Assembly: GCA_963665325.3 (NCBI GenBank)
Contig: CAXXWS020000002.1
Location: forward strand, 640,001 to 704,000
Reading direction: 5' to 3'
DNA: 64,000 bases
Source of the DNA: Alphaproteobacteria bacterium
GTDB lineage: Bacteria; Pseudomonadota; Alphaproteobacteria; Bin95
The first letter of the stretch is position 1. Every line of letters starts with the position of its first letter. The notes beneath the pieces were generated by a model. It saw nothing but the letters and a program-made list of their open reading frames with translations. It made no database searches and was not told where the DNA came from. A program made the translations under genes and the position numbers. Below, piece after piece: positions 1 through 9,377 of the stretch.

Positions 1-848
1 TCCTTTGCGCGCTCGATGAGCATATCCGCGCGTCCGGTGCGCTGCGGATACCAGACATAGGGCGCCATGACGGTCGCGACCTCGGCGCGTTCCTCCTCGT
101 AGATACGCTCCGGCCGGTCGCTGCCGGTGGCGTAGCGGCGCACGCCGTCGGCCCCGCGTCGCTCATGCATCAGGGTGGTCGTTGCGACCTTCCAGCCCTC
201 GCCGAGACCGCCGATCTGGTATTCCGCTTCCACCACGGCGTCGGTGAAGAAGACCTGGTTGAAAGAGGCGTGGCCGTTCATCTGCTTGAGCTGATGGACC
301 TCGACGCCCGGCTGGCGCATGTCGAGCAGGAAGTAGCTGAGGCCCTGATGCTTGACGGCGTCCCAGTCGGTCCGCGCCAGCAACAGGCCGAAATCGGCGT
401 GGTGCGCGCTGGTGTTCCAGACCTTCTGGCCGTTAATTACCCACTTGCCGTCGCGCAAATCGGCGCGCGTTACCGCCCCGGCGAGGTCGGAGCCGCTGCC
501 GGGTTCGCTGAACAGCTGGCACCAGGTCTCCTCGCCCGTGAGGATGCCGCGCAGGAAGCGCTGCTTGTGCAGGTCCGTGCCGTGCTCGAGGATCGTCGCG
601 GCGGCGAGCGTGCGGATGCCCATCTTGGCGACGCCGACCGCACCCAGCTTGTCGAACTCCTCCTCGACGACAGGCGTCATGCCGACCGGCAGGCCGCGCC
701 CGTGCCATTCCTCCGGCCAGTGCGGCACGCCCCAGCCGGAATCGATCAGGATGTTGCGCCACTCGACCAGGCCCCTGTCGGCGTCCCAGTTCGCCGTCAG
801 CCAGTCGCGGACCTCGGCGCGGATGTCGTCTTCGGTGAAGTCGGTCAT
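1..848 (-). CDS. acyl-CoA dehydrogenase family protein (partial, runs off the left edge)
   Basis: Not in the ORF track. Hand translation from ATG at 848 gives MTDFTEDDIRAEVRDWL...WCQLFSEPGSGSDLAG...GQKVWNT, typical ACAD N-terminal and middle motifs. Confidence 0.9.
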   Translation of the reverse strand, partial: MTDFTEDDIRAEVRDWLTANWDADRGLVEWRNILIDSGWGVPHWPEEWHGRGLPVGMTPVVEEEFDKLGAVGVAKMGIRTLAAATILEHGTDLHKQRFLRGILTGEETWCQLFSEPGSGSDLAGAVTRADLRDGKWVINGQKVWNTSAHHADFGLLLARTDWDAVKHQGLSYFLLDMRQPGVEVHQLKQMNGHASFNQVFFTDAVVEAEYQIGGLGEGWKVATTTLMHERRGADGVRRYATGSDRPERIYEEERAEVATVMAPYVWYPQRTGRADMLIERAK

Positions 849-849
849 G

Positions 850-1980
850 TCAGGCGTTCCAGTGCTGCAGCATGCGTTCGCGGTGGTCGGCGGCGGTGCC
901 GAGGAAAGCCTCGCTCGACTTGGCGCGCTTGAACCAAAGCTGCGTGTTGTTGTCGTGGGTGAAGCCAATGCCGCCATGCATCTGCACGGCGTGGATGGCG
1001 GTCTGCATATAGGTGTCGGAGGCGGTCGCCTTGGCGAGCGAAGCGAGCGCGGAGAGCGGCTGTTCCTCGTCCTCGCCGTCATCGTCGGCCGCGGCGGCGG
1101 CATAGTAGGCGGCGGCCTTGGCGAGCTCGACGTCCAGCAGCATGTCCGCCGCTTTGTGCTTGGTGACCTGGAAGGAGGCGATGGAACGCCCGAACTGCAT
1201 CCGCATGGCGACATATTCGAGCGCGTCCTCGCGCAGCCGCTCCGCGCCGCCGACCATCTCGCCGGCCAGGCAGACTGCGGCGATATCGAGCGTTCGTGCC
1301 CAGGCGGGGCCGCCGGCATCCGGTCCGCCGAGCAATTCGGCTTCGGCGCCGTCGAAATCCATCTTCGCGAGCCGGCGCGTCGGGTCCATCGACTGCAACG
1401 GCTCGCGTGTGAGCCCGGCGCTGTCCGCCGGCAGGCTGAACAGGCCGAGCCTGCCCTCCGGCAGCCTGGCAGCTGCAACAACGAGATCGGCGGCCATGCC
1501 GTCCAGCACATAGCTCTTGCGCCCCGTCAGCCGCCAACCGTCGCCGTCCGGTCGTGCGGTCGCGGCGAAAGCGTCGGCGTTCCATCCGGTTCCGGGTTCG
1601 GCGGCAGCGAGCGCCGCGATCGTCCCACCGCTCGAGATGCCGGGCAGAAGCGCCTGCTTTTGGGCGTCGGTGCCCGCCTCAGCAATGGCGGTTGCCGCCA
1701 TGACGGTGGAGCCGAAGAAAGGCGAGGGCAGCAGCGCGCGGCCGGCCTCTTCGGCGGCGATGGCGAGCTCCGAGACGCCGAACCCGGCCCCGCCATAGGC
1801 TTCGGGGATGTGGATGGCGGTCAATCCCAGATCCTCCGCCATCATCCGCCAGACCTCGGGGTCGTAGCCGGCCTCGGTTTCCATGACGCGGCGCACCTCG
1901 GTCGTCGGCGAGCGGTCCTGCAGGAAACGGCGGAGCATGTTGCGAAAGTCGGTCTGCTCCTCGGAAAAGCTGAACTTCAT
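850..1980 (-). CDS. acyl-CoA dehydrogenase family protein (short partner type of heteromeric ACAD pairs)
   Basis: MKFSFSEEQ start, RMQFGRSIASFQVTKH and AVQMHGGIGFT motifs; 376 aa; adjacent to a second ACAD. Confidence 0.92.
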   Translation of the reverse strand: MKFSFSEEQTDFRNMLRRFLQDRSPTTEVRRVMETEAGYDPEVWRMMAEDLGLTAIHIPEAYGGAGFGVSELAIAAEEAGRALLPSPFFGSTVMAATAIAEAGTDAQKQALLPGISSGGTIAALAAAEPGTGWNADAFAATARPDGDGWRLTGRKSYVLDGMAADLVVAAARLPEGRLGLFSLPADSAGLTREPLQSMDPTRRLAKMDFDGAEAELLGGPDAGGPAWARTLDIAAVCLAGEMVGGAERLREDALEYVAMRMQFGRSIASFQVTKHKAADMLLDVELAKAAAYYAAAAADDDGEDEEQPLSALASLAKATASDTYMQTAIHAVQMHGGIGFTHDNNTQLWFKRAKSSEAFLGTAADHRERMLQHWNA

Positions 1981-3455
1981 ACGGTGTCGGTCCTCGTTTC
2001 GGCGGCGGAGGCGGAGATGGCCGCGACCAGCGCTTCGGCCCCCTCCCAGTCATAGGTGCGGAAGGCGTGCCCGCGCGTGACGAATGGCGCGCCGGCATAG
2101 AACATCTCGTATTGCGTCTGCCGGCCCGCGAATTCCGAGCCGAGCGCGTCCCAGGCGAGCTTCATCAGCCGCACCCGCTCGACCGGCGGCGCGCCGTCGG
2201 CCGACTGCTGGACGCTTTGCAATATGCCCGCGAGCTCGGGGTCGGCGAGGTCGCGCTCGGAGGAGGGCAGCATGATGAGCGCGCCGCCGGCAAGGCCGCG
2301 CACCCGCTCGACCATGCGCGGATAGAGCGCCTGGCAGTAGGCCTGGGAGGCATAGACGGAATGCGCATCCGGCACGAAATACCGCCCGCGCTGCCTGCCT
2401 TTTGCCTCCATGCCGTAGAGCATGGTCTCGACCGCCGTCGCCTGCGCGGCCAGCATGCCGAGCGTTTCGGCGACCGGCGGCATCTTCGCGGTGCCGATGG
2501 TCTCGCAGATGCGCCGCGCCAGCCCGACAAGGAACTTGAACTTCACCGCGAGGCGGATCTGCGCCTGGTAATTCTGGTAGATGTGGCCCGGCGTGGCGTG
2601 GAACTGGCGCGCGCACATGGCGGGGCTGCGATGGACGAAGACGCGCTCCCAGGGAACCTTCACATCGTCGAACCAGACCAGCCCGTCATTCTCGTCGAAC
2701 CGCGAGGCGAGCGGGTCGTCGAAGGTGGAGAGCGCGCGCGCCTCGTACGACTTTCGCGCGAGCAGCCGGAGGCCCTTCGCCGCCATCGGGACCGCGAAGC
2801 TGATCGCGTAATCCTCCTCGTCCGGCTGTAGCGGCTGGAGATGGGCCACGAACATCTCATTGGCCAGGATCGCCGCGGTGCCGAGCATCTTGCCGCCGCG
2901 TACCGTCACCCCTTCCGCGTCCTCGTCCACGATGCGGAGCATCGGGCTGTCCTCGCCCTGGTCGCCGGTGCTCTTCGAGCGGTCGAGTTGCGGATTGACG
3001 ATCACATAGGTGAGGTAGAGGTCGTTGTCGCGCGCATGGGTGAAATAGTCGTGGAAGGCGCGCGCGCGTTCCGGGTCGTGGGCCTCGAACACATCCAGCC
3101 CCATGATCTGCCCGGTGACGGCGGACGCCAGATGGTCGGGCGCGCGGCCCATGAAGCCCGCATGGCATTCAGCCCAGGCAGTGAGCGCGCGGCGGCGCTG
3201 CACGAGCTCCTCCAGCGATGTCGGCATCTGCCAGGCGCGGTTGACACGCCGCGCGCCGGTCGGGGAGGGGAAGGTCATGGCCTCCAGATTGGCGGGGTCG
3301 GCCTGGTAACCGTAGAGTCCGGCAGCGGATCGCACGGCATTGCGGAAGGCGGGATGCCGTGCCGGGTTATCGACGCGGGCGCCGTCCAGCCAGACGGCGC
3401 GGCCGTCCTCAAGGCTCGCCAGATGCTCGGCGGCGTCCTTGGCCGCGCCCCCCAT
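1977..3455 (-). CDS. 4-hydroxyphenylacetate 3-hydroxylase (HpaB)-family FADH2-dependent monooxygenase
   Basis: DGRAVWLDG, HPAFRNAV, GFMGRAPDH, RFDEND and GSEFAGRQTQYEMFYAG motifs. Confidence 0.9.
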   Translation of the reverse strand: MGGAAKDAAEHLASLEDGRAVWLDGARVDNPARHPAFRNAVRSAAGLYGYQADPANLEAMTFPSPTGARRVNRAWQMPTSLEELVQRRRALTAWAECHAGFMGRAPDHLASAVTGQIMGLDVFEAHDPERARAFHDYFTHARDNDLYLTYVIVNPQLDRSKSTGDQGEDSPMLRIVDEDAEGVTVRGGKMLGTAAILANEMFVAHLQPLQPDEEDYAISFAVPMAAKGLRLLARKSYEARALSTFDDPLASRFDENDGLVWFDDVKVPWERVFVHRSPAMCARQFHATPGHIYQNYQAQIRLAVKFKFLVGLARRICETIGTAKMPPVAETLGMLAAQATAVETMLYGMEAKGRQRGRYFVPDAHSVYASQAYCQALYPRMVERVRGLAGGALIMLPSSERDLADPELAGILQSVQQSADGAPPVERVRLMKLAWDALGSEFAGRQTQYEMFYAGAPFVTRGHAFRTYDWEGAEALVAAISASAAETRTDTV

Positions 3456-3482
3456 CGTTCGGCGGTCTCCTGGCTCCTTCGC

Positions 3483-3803
3483 CTAGGTCGCAGTCGAGTA
3501 ATCGGTCGGGTCCATGACCACGCTCTCGATGGAGCTCACCAGCGGGCCGTCGCGCTCGCTCTCGCCCTTCGCCTTCTGCCAGTCGGGATCGTCGCGGAAG
3601 GCGGCCCAGGCGCTCTCCATCTGCGCGGCGTCCTCGAAGGTGCAGATATAGATGAGCTGGTTCAGGTCCGCCCGATTGATCCAGAAGCCCGCAACCCCGA
3701 TGCCGTGGCGGGCGAAGAGGCTGCAGGTGTGGTCGCGGAACCGGGCGTTGAGCGCATCGATCTTGCCGGGCGCGGCGTTGTAGGTGCGCAGTTCGTAGAG
3801 CAT
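3483..3803 (-). CDS. NIPSNAP family protein
   Basis: MLYELRTY...PGK...W.AFRDDPDW...PTDYS pattern; start reassigned to ATG at 3803. Confidence 0.88.
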   Translation of the reverse strand: MLYELRTYNAAPGKIDALNARFRDHTCSLFARHGIGVAGFWINRADLNQLIYICTFEDAAQMESAWAAFRDDPDWQKAKGESERDGPLVSSIESVVMDPTDYSTAT

Positions 3804-3844
3804 GGGAGCGTCTTTCCTCGTGTTCGGGCGGCGTCGGAGAGCGG

Positions 3845-4264
3845 CTACTCTTTGGGCTCGAGGCGCAGAGAGGCCGAGTTCATGCAGTAGCGGAGCCCCG
3901 TCGGCGGCGGCCCGTCCGGGAAGATATGGCCCAGATGCGCGTCGCACCCGGCGCAGAGCGCCTCCGTGCGCGTCATGAACCAGCTCCGGTCCACCTTCTC
4001 GGCCACGGCCGCCTCGGAAACGGGCCGGGTGAAGGACGGCCAGCCGGTGCCGCTGTCGAATTTGGTGTCACTCTCGAACAGCGGGATATCGCAGCATATG
4101 CAGCGATAGGTGCCCGGTGTCTTGGTGGCGTGATACTCGTTGGCGAAGGGGCGTTCGGTGCCGTGCCGGCGCGCAACCCGGTATTGCTCGGGGGTGAGGC
4201 GGCTTCGCCATTCGGCGTCGCTGAGCTGCGTGCGGGGGGGTGCGGTGTCGAGAAGGTCGGTCAT
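3845..4264 (-). CDS. msrB: peptide methionine (R)-sulfoxide reductase
   Basis: [27 protein letters not shown] and RYCMNS motifs; two CxxC zinc motifs. Start uncertain (4264 or 4285). Confidence 0.96.
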   Translation of the reverse strand: MTDLLDTAPPRTQLSDAEWRSRLTPEQYRVARRHGTERPFANEYHATKTPGTYRCICCDIPLFESDTKFDSGTGWPSFTRPVSEAAVAEKVDRSWFMTRTEALCAGCDAHLGHIFPDGPPPTGLRYCMNSASLRLEPKE

Positions 4265-4477
4265 GGGGTCCACCGGCGTCCGCATCAAAGATGCCGACTT
4301 GTCGAGATTGCTGCTGTCGGTCGTCCGCCCGCAACCGGCTGCGGGCGGAAAAACGGTATGCCCAACCCGTCCCCTGTGCAAGTCCGCTTCAACGCCGGGG
4401 ACTCTCCCCTTCCCCTTCGGGAGGGCATGGTTATCCTTCCGTCGCGGCTACGGGCAGAGAGGAAGGACGGGCAGGCG

Positions 4478-4786
4478 ATGTTCATTGCGATGAACCGGTT
4501 TCGCATCGTGCGCGGGCGCGAGTCGGACTTCGAAGGGATTTGGGCCGAACGAAACTCTCATCTCGATGGTGTGCCGGGGTTCCTGGAGTTTCGGCTTCTC
4601 AGGGGGCCGGAGGAGGAGGACCATACGCTGTATGCCTCCCACTCGACCTGGCGCGACCGCGATGCCTTCGTCGCGTGGACGCGATCCGAGGCGTTCCGGA
4701 AGGCGCATGCCGGCGCCGGCGCGCGGGGCGACCTGTATCTCGGCCATCCCCACTTCGAAGGGTTCGACTCGGTCCTCGACCGCTAA
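4478..4786 (+). CDS. ABM-domain monooxygenase (IsdG/HmuQ-like heme-degrading type)
   Basis: MFIAMNRF...FE..W..R.SHL..VPGF...WTRSEAFRKAH...GHPHFEGF; start at ATG 4478. Confidence 0.85.
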   Translation: MFIAMNRFRIVRGRESDFEGIWAERNSHLDGVPGFLEFRLLRGPEEEDHTLYASHSTWRDRDAFVAWTRSEAFRKAHAGAGARGDLYLGHPHFEGFDSVLDR

Positions 4787-4822
4787 AGGCGGCGACGGTC
4801 CGGAGGTTTTCGCCGTTCAGCG

Positions 4823-5239
4823 CTACAGCGCGCCGGCGGCCTCGGCCTTGGCCCTGCGCGCGGCGATGCGTTCGCGCTGGCGAGTCTTGTCGATGACGAA
4901 ACGGGTGTGGCGGGCGCGGCCTACCTGGCAGAGCGCGTCGCAGATGTCGGCAGCCATTTCGACGCGCTGCCCGTCGAGGGACAGGACGCGGGCGTTGACC
5001 TCGATCCACATGCCGGCGAGCGTCGGCCCCAGATGGTCGATCTCCACCCGCGCGCCGACGGAGTCCTCGCCCTCGTCGAGATGGGAGAACACCAGGTCGC
5101 GGCAGGTCTGCTCGATCCGCGCCAGCATGAACGTGGTGGCGAAGACGCGCAGGTCCTCGCCCATGAAATCGATGGTCTGGTCCGCCGTGACATCGAAACG
5201 GCGCACACTCTTCAGGTCGGGCGCAAGCGAAGGTTTCAT
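4823..5239 (-). CDS. hot-dog thioesterase, fluoroacetyl-CoA thioesterase (FlK)-like
   Basis: VFAT...IEQTC...SVG..V.I.HL.PT..G pattern with the Thr/Glu/His triad positions. Confidence 0.82.
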   Translation of the reverse strand: MKPSLAPDLKSVRRFDVTADQTIDFMGEDLRVFATTFMLARIEQTCRDLVFSHLDEGEDSVGARVEIDHLGPTLAGMWIEVNARVLSLDGQRVEMAADICDALCQVGRARHTRFVIDKTRQRERIAARRAKAEAAGAL

Positions 5240-5334
5240 GCCGTGTCTCTGGATCTGTCCCCAAGGCAGGCATGGTTGGACAGCGCGCGCGCCCGTGCAA
5301 GACTTTCGCGACGAAAAAATGACAGTTTGAGGAA

Positions 5335-6093
5335 ATGATGCCGACCGTCCTGACCGAACGCGAAGGGCCGGTGCGCACCGTGCGCCTGAACCGCCCGGAG
5401 AAGCGCAACGCGCTCAACCGCGAAATGCTCGACGCCCTGCTCGACGTTTTCCGGGGCGAGCCGGACAGGGCCGAGCGGCTGACCGTGCTGCGCGCGGAGG
5501 GGCCGGTCTTCTGCGCCGGGATGGACCTCCGGGAGCGGGCCGGGACGCTGGATACGGAGAGCCCCATCGAGGCGGTTCTGGACGCGGTGCAGCATTATCC
5601 CCTGCCGGTGGTCGCGGTCGTGCATGGAGACGCGATTGCGGGCGGCAACGAACTTGCGCTGCATTGCGACCTGGTGGTGGCGGCGGAGAGCGCGCGATTC
5701 GGTATGTCGCTGGCCCAGATCGGGCTGGTGCCGACCTGGTTCCTCGCCAAGAAGATCGTGGAGACCGGCGGGCCCGTTGCCGCGCGCGAGATGCTGCTGC
5801 TAGGCGACTCGTTGCCGGCGGCGCGGATGCACGCGCTCGGCATGATCCACAAGGTCGCGCCCGACGCTGGGCTCGAAGCCGCGGTCGAGGCCGTCACCAC
5901 GCGGCTGGCCGCCAATGCGCCGCTGGCGATGAAGGCGATGAAGGCCGTCATGCTGCGGCAAATGGCCTTTCGCGATGCGGTCCCCCACGAAGACTTGCTG
6001 GGGATGTTGCGCACCGCACGCCTTTCGCGCGACGCGCAGGAAGGCATTGCCGCGCGGCTGGAGAAACGCCCGGCGAATTTCGCGGGGGAATAG
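5335..6093 (+). CDS. enoyl-CoA hydratase/isomerase family protein
   Basis: LNRPEKRNAL, FCAGMDL, AGGNELALHCD and EKRPANF crotonase motifs. Confidence 0.93.
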   Translation: MMPTVLTEREGPVRTVRLNRPEKRNALNREMLDALLDVFRGEPDRAERLTVLRAEGPVFCAGMDLRERAGTLDTESPIEAVLDAVQHYPLPVVAVVHGDAIAGGNELALHCDLVVAAESARFGMSLAQIGLVPTWFLAKKIVETGGPVAAREMLLLGDSLPAARMHALGMIHKVAPDAGLEAAVEAVTTRLAANAPLAMKAMKAVMLRQMAFRDAVPHEDLLGMLRTARLSRDAQEGIAARLEKRPANFAGE

Positions 6094-6429
6094 ATGGCCG
6101 TTCGCTTGGACAAGCCATGGCGGCGGCTGGATGCGGCCGCCGTCGCTGCGCTCACCGGCCAGCTCGGCGTCTATCAGCTCTCCGACGACGGCGCGGCGGT
6201 CCGGGCTATCGTCAGGGTCGATGCGCGCTCGCTGTTCGGCCTGCGCGGCGAGCTCGGGCGCGAACTGGCGGAGCGCGGCGCGGGGCTGTTCTTCCGCCTG
6301 GAGGTCAACCACCAGCCGCGCACCCGCTGGTTGGAGCTGATGATGGTCCACCGGGCAGACCACGGATGCTTGCCGGAGTGGAACCCGCCGGAGGACAGCC
6401 AGGGCCTCGGACGCCTCAGCCCGGCCTGA
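6094..6429 (+). CDS. small hypothetical protein with a GIY-YIG-like N-terminal GVYQL segment
   Basis: Abuts the upstream stop codon inside an operon; GC-rich codon usage matches the host. Confidence 0.65.
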   Translation: MAVRLDKPWRRLDAAAVAALTGQLGVYQLSDDGAAVRAIVRVDARSLFGLRGELGRELAERGAGLFFRLEVNHQPRTRWLELMMVHRADHGCLPEWNPPEDSQGLGRLSPA

Positions 6430-6473
6430 TTGGCTTCGACCGGAAATTTCGGAATTGGGAAAGCAATAAGCTC

Positions 6474-7640
6474 ATGGACCTGTCTCTCAGTGACGAGCAA
6501 AAGCTGATCGTGGACCAGGTACGCCGGTTCGTCCGCGAGGAGATCGTGCCGCTGGAGGACGGCCTCGACCCCGATGCCGACAGCCTGCCGCCGGAAGACC
6601 ATGAGCGGCTCGCGGGCCGGGTGACGGAGATGGGCCTCTACGGCCTCGACATTCCTCCCGAATTCGGCGGTCCGGACGTGGATATCGTGACGCGCACCCT
6701 GCTTGCCATCGAGATGTCGCAGCACCGGGCGGGCCTCTATGCCCCCTGCTACAACGTGTTCGGCGGCGCGGGCCTGGCGCAGATGTTCGAGGCCAATGAC
6801 GACCAGAAGCAGCGCTTCCTGTTTCCGATGCTCAGGGGTGAGAAGAAGACCTTCTTCGGCCTGACGGAGCCCTCCGGCGGCTCGGACCCGGCCCGCGCGA
6901 TCCAGACCCGCGCCGTGCGCGACGGCGACGACTGGGTCATCGACGGCGCCAAGATGTTCATCTCCGGGGCCGACCGGGCGGATTTCGGCCTCGTCTTCGC
7001 CCGCACCGACCCGACAAAGGGGCGGGCCGGCGTCACCTGCTTTATCGTCGAGACCGACACGCCGGGCTTCCATGTGCGCCGCATCGTCCACACGCTGCGC
7101 GCTGCGCGCTACGCCACCGAGCTGCAATTCGAGGACATGCGGGTGCCGCACGCCAATGTGCTGGGCGAGGTGAACGGCGGCTTCGCCATCGCCAACGACC
7201 GCGTGTCGCGCCAGCGCATTCCGTACGCCGCGACCTGTATCGGCGTCGCGGTCAAGGCGCAGGAACTCGCCATCGAGTATGCCGGGCTGCGCGAGACTTT
7301 CGGCGACAAGCTGGCGCACCGCCAGGGCATCCAGTGGATGATCGTCGAGAACGAGATCGACATTCGCCAGGCGCTCTGGATCACGCTGGCGGCCGCCGAC
7401 AAGGCGCGGCGCGGCGAGCCCTTCCGCACCGACTCCGCGCTCGCCAAGATCGTGGCGACCGAGGCCTCGGGCCGGGTGGTGGACCGCGCGATGCAGATTC
7501 ACGGCGGCTACGGTGTCACCAAAGACCTGCCGTTCGAGCGCTGGTACCGGGAAATGCGCATCCGCCGCATCGGCGAAGGCCCGAACGAGGTCCAGCGCCA
7601 CATCGTCGCCCGAGACCTGTTCGGCAGCTCGCTGCGGTAG
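6474..7640 (+). CDS. acyl-CoA dehydrogenase
   Basis: MDLSLSDEQ start at 6474; FGLTEPSGGSD, IDGAKMFIS, MQIHGGYG and RIGEGPNEVQR motifs. Confidence 0.94.
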   Translation: MDLSLSDEQKLIVDQVRRFVREEIVPLEDGLDPDADSLPPEDHERLAGRVTEMGLYGLDIPPEFGGPDVDIVTRTLLAIEMSQHRAGLYAPCYNVFGGAGLAQMFEANDDQKQRFLFPMLRGEKKTFFGLTEPSGGSDPARAIQTRAVRDGDDWVIDGAKMFISGADRADFGLVFARTDPTKGRAGVTCFIVETDTPGFHVRRIVHTLRAARYATELQFEDMRVPHANVLGEVNGGFAIANDRVSRQRIPYAATCIGVAVKAQELAIEYAGLRETFGDKLAHRQGIQWMIVENEIDIRQALWITLAAADKARRGEPFRTDSALAKIVATEASGRVVDRAMQIHGGYGVTKDLPFERWYREMRIRRIGEGPNEVQRHIVARDLFGSSLR

Positions 7641-7652
7641 GCGACGAGTGCC

Positions 7653-8114
7653 ATGGCAGATTACGGGAACCTGCCGGCGGGTCCGCTCGGCCGCTTCATC
7701 CGCGCCTTCTACCAAGCCCGGCGCGCGGCTGTCCGCGGAGGCGACCTCAGCCTGCTGGAGGGATTCGTCGCGCCCGATGTGCGCTGGAGCGAGCCGGAGG
7801 TGGGCGAGCACATGGGCGTTCTCCGTGGCCGGGATGCCGTCATCGACATGATCAGGCGAGCGCTCGACGCCACCGGAGGCAGTTTCGATCTCGCGGTTGC
7901 AGGCACTGTCGAGAGCGCGACGCATGTGTCGGCGCTGATCGACTGGTCGGCGGTCTCCGGCGGCCGGCGGATCGAGGGACGTGAGTTGGCTGTTTACGAG
8001 GTTCGCGGCGGCCTCATTACGGCGGCCTGGTTCCACCCGGAAAATATCGGCGACGACCGGGCGTTCTGGGGAGAAGGCCGTTTCGACGAGCCCGGCTTCA
8101 CACGGCCCGCGTGA
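7653..8114 (+). CDS. SnoaL/NTF2-like protein
   Basis: FY.A...GD...L...APDVRW.EP...G..RGRDAV...YEVRGGLI pattern. Confidence 0.8.
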   Translation: MADYGNLPAGPLGRFIRAFYQARRAAVRGGDLSLLEGFVAPDVRWSEPEVGEHMGVLRGRDAVIDMIRRALDATGGSFDLAVAGTVESATHVSALIDWSAVSGGRRIEGRELAVYEVRGGLITAAWFHPENIGDDRAFWGEGRFDEPGFTRPA

Positions 8115-8802
8115 TCCCGCCATCGACGCGGATATTCTGGCCGGTGATATAGCCCGCTCCCTCCGACGCGAGGAACGAGATCGTCGCCGAGACTTCGTCC
8201 ACGGAGCCGTAACGGTCCATGGGTATGCGGTCCTTGAACTCCTGCCTTTCGGGAAGGCTGTCGATGAAGCCCGGCAGCACATTGTTCATGCGGATGTTCT
8301 CGGATGCGTAACGGTCCGAAAAGAGCTTGGCCCAGGCGGCCAGTCCGGCGCGGAAGACGCCAGACGTCGGGAAGGTCGGATCGGGCTCGAAAGCGGCGAA
8401 GGTCGAGATGTTGACGATCGAACCGCTCTTCTGCTGCTGCATGATGGGGGTGACGAGGCGTGTAGGACGCACGGCGGACAGGAAATAGACCTCCATACCG
8501 GTGTGCCAGTCTTCATCCGTGATATCCATGATCGGGCCGCGAGGGCCGTGGCCGGCGCTGTTGACGAGGACATCAATACGCCCCCATCGCTCCATCGCAA
8601 GATCGACCAGTTGCTTCAGGTCCTCATTCGACCTGTTGGAGCCTGTGATGCCGACCCCGCCCAGTTCGTTGGCGAGGGCTTCACCCTTCCCCGAGGACGA
8701 GAGCACGGCGATCCCGAAGCCATCCGCCGCGAGCCGGCGAGCGGCGCCGGCGCCCATTCCACTGCCGCCGGCCGAAATCAGGGCCACCCGTTCCGCTGTC
8801 AT
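8098..8802 (-). CDS. SDR family oxidoreductase
   Basis: AGGSGMG Rossmann variant, DVLVNSAG, IVNIST, NNVLPG and YITGQNIRVDGG. Confidence 0.92.
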   Translation of the reverse strand: MTAERVALISAGGSGMGAGAARRLAADGFGIAVLSSSGKGEALANELGGVGITGSNRSNEDLKQLVDLAMERWGRIDVLVNSAGHGPRGPIMDITDEDWHTGMEVYFLSAVRPTRLVTPIMQQQKSGSIVNISTFAAFEPDPTFPTSGVFRAGLAAWAKLFSDRYASENIRMNNVLPGFIDSLPERQEFKDRIPMDRYGSVDEVSATISFLASEGAGYITGQNIRVDGGITRAV

Positions 8803-8936
8803 TGCGCCCGTTCCCCTTTGCTTTTGCGGCGGCCGGGATAGGTGGTGCGGGGGAGGCTGTCAAACGGCTGCGCGCCGGCAGCAGGCGCCATTTTCCGCGC
8901 AGCCCATCGGGCCTGCCGGAAATGCAGGAATCGGGA

Positions 8937-9377
8937 CTAACCGAGGGAAAAATAGCGGGCCAGCGCGGGAGGCATTTCGTCCGTGTCGATCTGGAAGAGC
9001 TCCAGCAGCACGCCGTCCGGGGCCTCGCACATGATGTAGCGCCACGATCCGAACTCGCGGATGCCGGAGCGGAACGGCACGCCGAGCGCCGTCAATCGGC
9101 GGTGGAGCGCGGGCAGGTCGTCGGTCTGGATGCCGACATGATGCACGGCCCCGCCCGGCGCCCCCCGCGGCGGCTGGTCGTAGAGGTGGAGGCGGCCGCG
9201 CCCGACCTCCATGAACACATTGCGCGCCCCGCCGAACTCGCCGTCGAACGCGACCGCGCCCCCAAGCTTCTCCTGCCACCACGCGACCGTCGCATCGATG
9301 TCGGCCGCAAAGAGATGCACGTGATGCAGGTGCGCGGCGGGCCCGGGGTTTGCCGTAGAGAAGTTGCTGTTTGTCAT
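8937..9377 (-). CDS. VOC/glyoxalase family protein
   Basis: LHHVHL, VHHVGI and APDGVLLELF metal-binding pattern; start at ATG 9377. Confidence 0.85.
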   Translation of the reverse strand: MTNSNFSTANPGPAAHLHHVHLFAADIDATVAWWQEKLGGAVAFDGEFGGARNVFMEVGRGRLHLYDQPPRGAPGGAVHHVGIQTDDLPALHRRLTALGVPFRSGIREFGSWRYIMCEAPDGVLLELFQIDTDEMPPALARYFSLG

